Assembly: GCF_036365525.1 (NCBI RefSeq)
Contig: NC_090399.1
Span: 15,251,558-15,315,557 of the forward strand
Direction: 5' to 3'
Source: Heterodontus francisci
Taxonomy: Eukaryota
Length of the DNA: 64,000 nucleotides
Shown: piece by piece, positions 12,801-22,822 of the stretch
Layout of the letters: every line of letters starts with the position of its first letter
Position numbering within the stretch: the first letter of the stretch is position 1
Translations under genes and position numbers: made by a program
Notes under the pieces: model-generated
Databases searched by the model: none
The model's input: only the letters and a program-made list of their open reading frames with translations
What the model was told of the DNA's origin: nothing

Positions 12801-15800
12801 CACAAAGCTATCTTCCACAGCCTCACATTCCTTTCTTGTCTGATCCCTTCTATTTCTGAACTATTCTTTGTTCTCCTCGGCCTCTGTGCTCCTTGTTTCT
12901 CTTCCCTAATGTTTAACCCTGATGCCCACTCCCCTGTCAAACTAGTTTAAACCCTCCTTTCATTGCCTGAGTAATTCTGCTCATGTTGCTTGCTTCGAGA
13001 GGCAGCTGTGTATTAACAGACTGAGTTTTTAGGTTTCCTTTTTTATCTCAGTATTTATATAATGGCAACCACATTATTGCCTTTACGGCCAAAAATGCCG
13101 ATCAGCATGTTTTTTTAAAAAATTCTGTCAGGGGTTCGAGCATTTCTGGCTAGGTGAGCGTTTGTTGTGAATGGGGTGCCAATCAAGCAAGCTGCTTTGT
13201 CCTTTATGGTTTAGACCTTCTTGAGTGTTGGCGCTGCACCCGACCAGGCAATTGAAGAGTATTCCATTAGAATCCTGACTTGTGCCTTGTAGATGATGTA
13301 CAGGCATTGGGGAGTCAGGACGTGAGTTACTCGCTGCAGAATTTCTAGCCTCTGATCTGTTCTCGTAGCCACAGTATTTGGTGTGGCTGGTCCAGTTCAG
13401 TTTCTGGTCAGTGGTAATCCCCAGTGGGGAGTCAGCAATGGTAATGCCATTGAACATCCAGGGAAGATGGTTAGACTCGTTTTTGTTTGAGATAGTCATT
13501 GTCTGGCACTTTGTGTGTCGTGAATGTTACTTGCCACTTATCAGCCCAAGCCTGGATGTTGTCCAGGTCTTGTTGCATCTGGACACAGACTGCTTCAGGA
13601 TCTGAGGAGGTGCTAAACATTATGCAATCATTAGCGAACATCCCCACTTCAAACCTTATGATGGATGGAAGGTCATTGATAAAGCAGCTGAAGATGGTTG
13701 GGCCTGGGACACTACCCTGAGGAACTCCTGAAGTGATGTCCTGGAGCTGAGATGATTGAATTCCAACGACCACAACCATCTTCCTTTGTGCTAGATATCA
13801 CTCCAACCAGTGGAGCGTTTCCCCCCTGATTCTCATTGACTCCAGTTTTGCTACGGTTCCTTGACGCCATACTTAGTAAAATGATGCCTTGATGTCAAGG
13901 AAAAATGAGTGTTATAGAATTCAACATCACAGGTAATCGATCAGCAATTGTATTTTATCCGTTCAGCACTTAGTTCAGTCGATAATACAGTGAAACGTAG
14001 CAACAAAACTAAGTATTAACACCACCCCCCCCCCCCCCCCCACCCCCCGCCCGCAACCCCCCATTCTCTTTTAGACGCTGACTGATTTGTTAGATATTAA
14101 TAGCACTTTCTGGATTTATAGATTGTATCTGACGCTTCCGGTATCCTCTCTTTTGCGTTTTTTAAAAATCTCTCTATCTATGTAATATGAAATGATAGCT
14201 ACCTTTACCAACGAAAATATTCCGTTCGGGAGGAATGACGTTCACTATTCATCACTTTAAAGTTAAAATATTTCTATTCCGCAGGTGAGACGATAAATGT
14301 CACCGTTTTCCAGTTCCCTCCCTTTCTAACTGCAGCTGAGGGGGAGTCGGTGACACTGAACTGTGCTGTGACCTTCAAAGGAAACCTATCCCTGATCGGC
14401 ACAGCTCACTGGACACGGGGTAAACCAGATGGGTACAAACTGGACAAGAGTCCATTTTATGAAGGTCGGCTGGAGGAATCGAACAGTGATTCATTTACCA
14501 ACAACAGAATATTCATCAAAATCTCCGACTTGACTGAAAAAGACGCAGACACCTATTACTGTCGTGTAGACTTAATAGTAGTCGGATTGGGAGATGGAAA
14601 TGGCACCAAACTGGAAGTGAGAAGTAAGTAACAAGTAGAATCAGAGCTTCACAAAAACCTGTTCTAATTTTACACATGTAAGATTGGTGTGATCCCATTT
14701 TCTCCGTTTTAACTACAGTATAATTAGTTTACCACATACAATTGCAATGTTTATAATAATTAACAAACTAGTACAGGGTAGTGTTGCAGGTAACATAAGG
14801 GGTCGCCTATTTAAGACAGAGATGAGGAGAATTTTTTTTTCTCAGAGGGTCGTGAGTCCTTGGAATTTTCTTCCTCAAAAGGCGTTGGAAGCAGAGTATT
14901 TGAATATTTTTAAGGCAGAGGTAGATAGATTCTTGATAAGCAAGGGGGTGGAATATTATCGGGGGCAGTTGGAAATGTGGAGTGATCAGTTCAGCCACTA
15001 ACTTATTGAATGGCGGAGCAGGTTTCAAGAGGCCGAGTGGCCTACTCCTGCTCCTAATTCGTCTGTTCGTATGCTCGTAGGTGAGTGACAGAGGAAGCGA
15101 AACAGATGTTCCAGAACCAGAGAGTAAACTGTTAGTTTAATGCAATTGTTATATCGGGTTTAAATTATTGTAAATAAATGTCGGTACTTAAGTAAAGGGC
15201 AGAGGAATTTTATAGATAACTGGCATGGGCTGCCATTGCGTGATGTGGTTTAACCCAAAGAAAGTCAGTATGAGGGGAGTCTTCATTAAGTAAAATCATG
15301 CCTTTTCCTACATTATAGCTATATTTACAAACGCCTCAACATCGCCACTATAATGGGCATCACATGCTCGTTGACACATAGAAATGCATTTATTTAACAA
15401 GTATATTATGCTAGTCAAGTGCATGGTTTTAATGTTGCGATATTATTATCCTCCTGTCGCATATTTTCCGTCAGGCAAACATTTCTTGAAGCTCATTATT
15501 TCACGCGTTAAAAGTCTTTCCAAATGCGTGTGCGGCATTGAGTAATACTGAGCACGAAAATCCCACGTTCAACTGTTTTAAATGAGCTTATCTGTCAGTT
15601 GAGGCAGTGAAAATGTGGGTGGGGGCGAGTTCATGCATGATTCACAAACCTGGTCATAACCCAGTGTAAAGTGAAGCTGAGGACAGGATGGGCTAAAATG
15701 CTGTTCCCTACGCGAGGGGACAACCGCTCACTTAATGGATTGGTATTAGGAGAAATTTGATTGAAATCTCTAATGTGGTAGCAACAGTCTTAAAATACCT

Positions 15801-18800
15801 GAAACTGCTGCAATGACGCAATTGGGGAAATTATGAAAGGGATGGGAATGACACGAAACTATAAATGAGGTATGAAAAATAATGCTATTCAAAAACAAAC
15901 TACACCAATGTTACAGACATGTCTGTTAGTTACAATGTGATATTTCCTTTGAGCTGATCATTTTAATATTGTAGAGGATTAAAAAGGACAAATAACGCTT
16001 TATGTTTCTGCTCTTTCGAACTGAGATAACTGACAAATGAGCGCGCATAGGTGCGAGAAAGAATGCAAGTTAGAAGCCATTCCAAATATTTTTGCAATAT
16101 TTTGGATGTCACAAAATATTCTAACCATTGTGTTATCTGCACAAATTACAAACTTACAGCACTTTTAGCATATCGTGGATCTAGCACGTTGCTGTTTCTA
16201 CAAAGAGTTACTGAACCTTGTATACAGCCTTCTGTCGGACAGCCATTTTTATTCCTAAACATTAAACTGGTAATCGAAACAAAAACACTGAATTCATTTA
16301 ATCATTTCAGGAAGGATGAAAGAATCAACTTGCCTAAGCCGCAAGACTTCTTCAACAGCACTGTGGAGCGCACTAACCTTGCTGGTTATTATAATCCTGA
16401 TAATACTAGCATGTAAACTGAAATGGAAATGGAAATTCAATGGTATGTATCTTTGTAAATAGAATGTTACTCTTAAAACGTCACTCACTGGTAATGAGTT
16501 TAACTCATTGTCATGTGCAACAACAATACAAAGTTCCCATTATGTCCTTGACAATAATCTTAGTAGTTTGCCCACCACTGATGTTAGTCTATGTATATTT
16601 ATTTTGGATGTCACAAAGCATTATAACCAGAGTAACTGGATCTCCATTGTGTTATCTGTACAAATTACAAACTAACAGCACTTTTAGCATAACGCGGATC
16701 GAGCACGTTGCACATTGCTGTAAATAAATATTTGTTCACTCAAACAATTGAGAAAAAAACCCTTTCTCCAGGTCAGTGGAAGCGCAGGCGGTCATTAACG
16801 CAAATTGCTGGGTTTAAAGTTTATTTTTGAGAAATATTATCTTATATGTTATTGTTAACAGTCATTTAGGCTGTGTTTATCCACTGTAGCATGGGATTTT
16901 GCTCATGCCTTTTCCACTTATCTGGATCCCTTGCTGTTCTCGCCCATGTGGTTCCTAGTTATGATATGTTGTCATCTCTCCATCTTCTTTTCTGTCTATC
17001 CTTTCTTCTTTTTCCTGTTCTTAGCTGCCATTACATTAGTCTATTCGTCCACTTGTTATCATTTCTTCGAGCAACATACCCAGCCCATCGCCATTTGGCT
17101 TCTTTTATCTACTGTATGATGTCCTTAACCCTGGTTTTCTGGCGTGTTTCATTGCACCTGATTTTATTACGAATGCAGATATGTAACACTTGCCGTTCCA
17201 TTGCTCGCCACTGGCTGACAAAAACGGTCCTTTCTAACTGTCTGAGTGATCAAATATTTGCATATAGCTATGTGCTGGATTTACGATTGATAACGGTACG
17301 CTAAATGTGTTAACCCTCCGAACTTGTAGAATGAATAGAGAGAGAGATCGATGGATAGATATATAGATAGACAGCTGTAAGTGCCGGGTGGATGATCCAT
17401 CTCTGCCTCCTCCCTGAAAGGGTTCGTGGACAGTGCTATCAAGTGGCACTTGCTCAGTAATAACCAGCTCCAGTTCAGTTTCTGGCCAATAGAAACTGCC
17501 AGGATGTTGATAGTGGGGGGTTCCGCGATAATGGTAATGCCATTGACTGTTAAGGGGAGATAGTTAGATTCTCTCCTGTTTGATATGGTCATTTCCTGGC
17601 ACTTGTGTGGTACAAATGTTACATGTAATACGACCGCGGTTGGAGCAACACACTGTTAATTCAGTCCCGTCACTCCACAGGTCACAGCATATTTATTTAA
17701 GATATCCAACTCGGAAAAAAACAGCCAAATTAAGCACGCTAGTGTCCCCAGAATGAAGCAGACTAAAGCAGGTATCTTTACTCAACAACAAATTAACTCT
17801 TTATTGAAAACAACTAACTCTTAAACACTTTTAAGATAAACCTATGTCTAAAAATCTTATGATTTCTATTTAAAAATATAACCGCATTCGTTTACATATA
17901 CTCAAAATTAACAGTGGTTACATTTTTTTAAATGTAGTTTTCAAGAATTAGCTGTCTCTCAGGAATAAAACAAATAAACAAGTCTTTGTAGGTTATGTTC
18001 CTGGTAAATGAAGTCATCCAATGTAAAATAGTCAAAGGTCACTTGAAGTCTTCACAGGGGTCCGATGGGGAAAAGGTCCTTCAAAGTTAAGCTTTCAGCA
18101 GTTCTGCTGTTGTAGCATTAATCTGTCCCTTTAGTGATGAACACAGCAAATACCAATGATTTGTTGGAAAAGAAAAGCTTTTCTTATTTTCTAGCTTGCG
18201 GCTTTGTAGAATTTTGAGATAGAAATAACAGAGCTTCTTTCCTTCAGTTCAACTCGCCTCACAGATCTCTCAGCTCAAAATCAGTCTCTGTCACTTAGTT
18301 TAAACAGTCAAAACTGCAATGTTGAATCATGTGACCTCTCTCTCTCTCTCCTGCTGCTGTTGCAGGTGCACTGATCTTTTACAGGCTTAAAGGCTCACAG
18401 AATATTTCTAAGGAGAAAAAAAAGAAGACCATGATACGTGCACCTTATCACGCAAATGCTTCGGCTACAAGAACAGGTCAGAGGCTGGGAATCCTACGGC
18501 GAGTAACTCACCTCCTGATCCTCAATACCTTTCCACCATCTGCAAGGCACAAGTCAGGGGTGTGATGGAATATTCTACACTTGCCTGGATGGGTGCGGCT
18601 CCAACAACACTCAAGAAGCTCGACACCATCCAGGACAAAGCAGCTTGCTTGATTGTTACCCCATTCACAATCTTCAACATTCACTCCCTCCACCACCAAC
18701 GTACAGTGGCAGCAGTGTGTACCATCTACAAGATGCATTGCAGCAACTCACCAAGGCTCCTTCGACAGCACCTTTCAAACCCACGACCTCTGCCACTTAG

Positions 18801-19437
18801 AAGGACAAGGGCAGTAGATGCGTGGGAGTACCACTACCTGCAAGTTTCCCTCCAAGCCACACACCATCCTGACTTGGAATGATATCACCGTTCCTTCACT
18901 GTTGCAGGGTCAAAGTCCTGGAACTCCCCTCCTAACAGTACAGTTGATGTACCTATACCAGAGGGACTGCAGAAGTTCAATAACGCAGCTCACCACCATC
19001 TTCTCAAGGGTAATTCGGGATGGGCAATACATGCTGGCACAGCCAGCAACGCCCACACCACTCGAATGAATCATTTAATAAGTGTATAGATAACTCGACA
19101 GATGGATAGAGAACAGACAGTTAGATCATACGTACATATTTATGAAGTAGATTTAGCTGCAACATTATAAAATTTGCTGGTGTAAGTATATTCTTTATAC
19201 ATTTAATTATTCAAAGTTATTTCGTGTCATTATTTCACTACAGTTGTCTCACAGAATGAAGTTGGCAATCACTCTGATCTGTATTCTACATACATGGTAA
19301 AATACATTTCCAGAATATCCTGAATAAATTAAAACAAAACTTTACTGCCTAAAGAGTTTGAAATGACACAAATCTTCCATTTTTCAAAGGGTTTGGAACT
19401 GGAAGATGTGGACACTTACAGTGAGTTGCACAGGTAA
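9770..19437 (+). CDS. NCR3-like: Gene A (span of 5 exons): NKp30/NCR3-like VJ-type Ig receptor with intrinsic ITAM, 209 aa
   Basis: Exons of 58+339+132+53+48 = 630 nt join in frame through GT-AG introns (phases 1,1,1,0) with no internal stop: MVLIQQISFILVVLVQLTTG-ETINVTVFQFPPFLTAAEGESVTLNC...HWTR...DADTYYCRVDLIVVGLGDGNGTKLEVR-RRMKESTCLSRKTSSTALWSALTLLVIIILIILACKLKWKWKFN-VVSQNEVGNHSDLYSTYM-GLELEDVDTYSELHR*. Family assignment is by recalled similarity to mammalian NKp30 (CRVEVLGLGVGTGNGT), not by a search. Confidence 0.88.
11010..12960 (-). mobile_element. CR1 LINE fragments in gene A intron 1
   Basis: RT C-terminal ORFs 11094-11980 and endonuclease-start remnant 12533-12940. Confidence 0.9.
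13160..13900 (-). mobile_element. CR1-group LINE RT fragment, second family
   Basis: SGVPQGSVPGPTIFSCFINDL, MFANDC, WADKWQVTF. Confidence 0.85.
14285..14623 (+). CDS. NCR3-like: Gene A exon 2: germline-joined VJ-type Ig V domain
   Basis: Acceptor tttctattccgcag|, donor A|GTAAGT; B-strand Cys (VTLNC), C-strand Trp, D-x-x-x-Y-Y-C and J-like GxGT (GNGTKLEV) in one exon. Confidence 0.95.
14790..15078 (+). mobile_element. CR1 3' end fragment
   Basis: FKTEMRRIFFSQRVVSPWNFLP; similar to the reverse complement of 580-870. Confidence 0.85.
16311..16442 (+). CDS. NCR3-like: Gene A exon 3: Cys-containing stalk and uncharged TM segment
   Basis: atcatttcag| acceptor, G|GTATGT donor, phase 1-1; ALWSALTLLVIIILIILAC followed by basic KLKWKWK; starts RMKE like the gene B TM exon. 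Confidence 0.9.
17461..19075 (+). mobile_element. LINE 3' fragment with inverted 5' piece, interrupted by an ~810-bp unclassified (solo-LTR-like) insert at ~17624-18437
   Basis: Minus-strand MTISNRRESN...QKLNWS then plus-strand continuation MEYSTLAWMGAAPTTLKKLDTIQDKAA. Confidence 0.75.
19244..19296 (+). CDS. NCR3-like: Gene A exon 4: cytoplasmic, first half of ITAM (...DLYSTYM)
   Basis: tatttcactacag| acceptor (phase 1), ATG|GTAAAA donor (phase 0); decayed homologue at ~3250-3295. Confidence 0.82.
19390..19437 (+). CDS. NCR3-like: Gene A exon 5: second half of ITAM, GLELEDVDTYSELHR*
   Basis: ccatttttcaaag| acceptor after a 93-nt intron; completes YMGL-x7-YSEL; TAA at 19435-19437. Confidence 0.85.
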   Translation, partial: GLELEDVDTYSELHR

Positions 19438-19949
19438 GATGTGGCACAACTCCACAAGCAAGCAAATATCTACCATAAAAAGCAAGGTGCTTCGCCACAC
19501 CATGCTTGTTTCAACTAATGCTCCGAGGGGGGTGGAGTATGAGCTAAAGTGATGTGTTTTAAATGCAGACAGCCTAAAAGCTGAGAGTAATTTGCTAACT
19601 TATTATTTCCATAATATGTAAGTACGGAATGCAGTTTAATATTCCCTGGTACCCAGTAACAGTATGGACGAGGTAGGAGGGCTGGTGGACACTAATTTTT
19701 AAGCAAAAAAAAATCATCTTTTTTATCACGCACAACTTCAAGTTTAGTAAAATCTCTTCGATCCGATTTCCCAGTTCATCCGTTTCTTGCTGTCTCTTTT
19801 TCAGTGATACTGGTTAAACGGAGCTAAATGTATTGCAGGAACATTAAAATACACGGTCTGAAATCACTAACAATTGTCTGGGCTTCAATTCTCTTTAGTA
19901 AAATTGTTGGAAACTAATCACATTCTCACTTTTCATTTTCCAACAGTAA

Positions 19950-20207
19950 ATGAGATGAGATGAGGAGAAATTTCTTCACTCAGAGGGTGGTGAACCTGTA
20001 GAGTTCTCTGCCACAGAAGGCAGTGGAAGCCAAGTCTTCATATATATTCAAGAAGGAGATAGATATATTTTCTAATACCAATGGGATCAAGGAATATGGG
20101 GAGAAAGCGTGAACAAGGTACTGAATTAGACGATCAGCCATGGTCTTTTTTGAATGGCGGAGCAGGCCCGAATGGCCTACTCCTGCTCCTATTTTCTATG
20201 TTTCTAT
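19950..20207 (+). mobile_element. CR1 3' end fragment
   Basis: gagatgaggagaaatttcttcactcagagggtggtgaac and tail ttctatgtttctat. Confidence 0.8.
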
Positions 20208-20989
20208 ACTTGCTGCTTGTTATTGACTTGCTACGAATATGACGGAATGAATGCGTGTCTCCACAGCAGACGGATCAACACTGAATCAGTCAACAATGCG
20301 ATAATCTTTGAAATCAGTAAATGTTTCTGCAAACTAACATTAAAGCGTTGCTATCTTCATTGAATGAGTAGATGTCATCATTCCTGTTTAAAGATAAAAT
20401 GCGCCCAGTGGTAATCGGGGCTGCAAAGCGTTCAAAATCAGATGGAAACAAAAGAGGTGTGAGGGATTGTCAACACCTTCCATAATATTTTAGCTTTAAA
20501 AATTATCTCCTGAACTGGAAGACGAGGCTGCCTTGGCTGCCACGCAACCTCTAGGTGGCGCAGTACTGACACTTGCGCAGATGCAGCCTCAACGACTGGA
20601 ACGTCACTGTCTGCAACGTCTCAGTGAGCTGCCAGTAATAAAGATGGCGCCACGCAATTGACACCAAAAAGGAATTGAACACAAACCCCTTTACCCCGCA
20701 ATAGTCGTGACTGCCGCCTCCGCACCGTGCCCCCCCCCCCCCCCCCCAATACTACCCCGCACATACCCATGATGTCCGCTTCCCTTTGCTGGTCCATCCT
20801 GCCTCCCAATTGCTCTCCGCTCCATCCCACATCCCGACTGCTCACCGCTCCATTCCACCTCCGGACTGCTCGCTGCTCCCAACTGCTCGCCGCTCGCTTC
20901 CCACCTTGCCGCTCTCCCCTCATCATTTCCCCCCACTTCGCCGCTCTCATCCTACTCGCCCCCAATCCCCGCTGCTTCTCCAGGTGGCG

Positions 20990-21352
20990 AGAAGGGAGCA
21001 AGCAGCAGGATGAATCGGCAAGCAGACGGGAGCAGCAGGATAGAGTGGCAAGCAGACAGAAGTGGTGGGATTGAGCGGTGAGCAGGCAGGAGTGGCGGGA
21101 TGGAGTGGTGAGCAGACAGAAGCAGTGGGATGGAGCAGCAAGCAGACAGGAGCAGCGGGATGGAGCGGCGAGCAGACAGGAGCAGCAGGATGGAGCGGCG
21201 AGGAGACATGAGTGGCAAGATGGAGCAGCAAGCAGACAGGAGCAGAGGGATGGAGCGGCGATCAGACAGGAGCAGCAGGATGGAGCAGCGAGCAGACATG
21301 AGCGGCGGGATGGAGCAGCAAGCAGACAGGAGTGGCGGGATGGAGTAGCGAG
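20990..21352. repeat. 30-bp minisatellite (~12 units) inside a GC-rich unclassified insert (~20530-21640)
   Basis: Unit approximately agcagacaggagcagcgggatggagcagca; produces spurious 10-aa-period ORFs in several frames. Confidence 0.92.
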
Positions 21353-21779
21353 TAGTCGGGAGGTGGAAGGGGGATGTGCGGGGAATCGGCAATCATAGGA
21401 GTGAGCAGGGAAGCCAAGCAGCGATTGAGGCAGCAATTGCAGGAAGGAGCGGGGTACTGTTGGTGGGGGAACGGAGGCCGTGATCATGGCCACATGGTGA
21501 GGCAACACTCGGACATCATTATGTCTGACCTGATTACGTGGTGGTCACCACGCACATGCGTGGATCCAAACTGGCAAGCTGACAAATGTTCGAATGCATT
21601 GATGACATCGACGATCGCTCTGTGCATACTCTGCACTGTCAGGAGACACTCCGAACAAACTATTTCCAATTTAACTTAAAACTGCATTTTGAAAGTCCCA
21701 CCTATCTAACCTTTGGCCCTTCAATCGCCACAATATTTCTGCAGCCACTGATTTGCTCAACAGCGCGCTCACATTCACC

Positions 21780-22822
21780 TTTGATGCCCTAGTCCCCACA
21801 AAAGCCATTACTATCTCTCACCCTGCCATTCCCTCTGGCACGGCACTATTCTCCACTTCCTTAAATTCAAGGGATGCAAAGCTTGAAAGAATAAAGTGGG
21901 TAATTTGTTTAACCATCCACCGCCAGATCTGGCAGGACTACTTAAAACATTTTTGGGTCTTGCTCTCATCTGCTAAAACTGTTCATTATTCCAGGATCAT
22001 TCTGGAATGCAAATATAATCCCTAGCTTCTTTTCTCAACTGCAAACCATATTATTAAATCCCTCTCACCATCCGCTCACCCTCACCTCTAACAATAAGTG
22101 CAAAGAGCTCACGGATGTCTTTGTCTCTAAGATTCCACCATCCTGTCGACTGGCTCTGCCGCATCCTTCCTTTCCACTATCCCACCTGGCCAAACTTCCT
22201 ATAATGCTCCCCTCTGCTGGAGCATTTAACTTGCATATTTCTCTAGTTTCTCTCCTATCTCTCCTCATGCTCTCTCTGAGCTCATCTTGTCCATGAGATC
22301 CATCTCCTGTGCCCTCGATTATTCCCACTAAACTGCTGATCACCCAACTTCCCCTCTTGGTCCCCATCTTAGCTGATATTGTAAACGGTTCTCTCGCTTC
22401 AGGTGTTGCCCTTCTCTACTTCAAATCTTCCTTCATCACCCCTCTCAGAAAAAAACCCTTGACCTCACTGTCCTTGCAAACTACTGTCCAATCTCCAGTC
22501 TTTCATTCTTCTCCAAAGTCCTTGAAAGTGTCGTCGCCTCTCAAATCCATTCCTTTCTTTCCTGGAATTTCATGTTTGAATCCACCCAATCAGGTTTCCA
22601 CACCTGCCACAGTACAGGTACAGCTCTTAGCAAAATCACAAATTACATCCTCTGTGACTGTAAACTTTCCCTCGTCGTCCTTCTCGAGCTGTCTGGCGCT
22701 TTTGACATGGTTGACCACACCATCCTCCTTCAACGCCTCTCCACTGTCGTCCAGTGGGATTGCTCTTATCTGCTTCCATTCTTATCTATCTAATCAGACC
22801 TAATGAATCACTTGCAATGGCT
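21780..22822 (+). mobile_element. L2-like LINE RT fragment, decayed
   Basis: IVNGSLASG, FESTQSGF..HSTGTAL, LLELSGAFDMVDHTILLQRL. Confidence 0.8.

Noticed and set aside
12962-13024. Leader-like IA*VILLMLLASRGSCVL resembling the NKp30 signal peptide
   Set aside because: No upstream ATG, in-frame TGA, no GT donor; 9770-9827 is a much better leader.
14285-14623. TCR or Ig V segment interpretation
   Set aside because: J-like strand is in the same exon, no RSS, no C-domain exon; splices directly to a TM exon.
14651-14659. Perfect RSS nonamer ACAAAAACC 27 bp after the gene A V exon
   Set aside because: No CAC heptamer at 12 or 23 spacing (caagtag, gaagtaa), and it lies after an already joined VJ; treated as chance.
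20990-21352. CRISPR-like periodicity
   Set aside because: Contiguous tandem units with no unique spacers; eukaryotic context.
20621-21508. 295-aa Cys/Leu-rich ORF and overlapping repeat ORFs
   Set aside because: Artefact of the stop-free 30-bp minisatellite; open in several frames on both strands.
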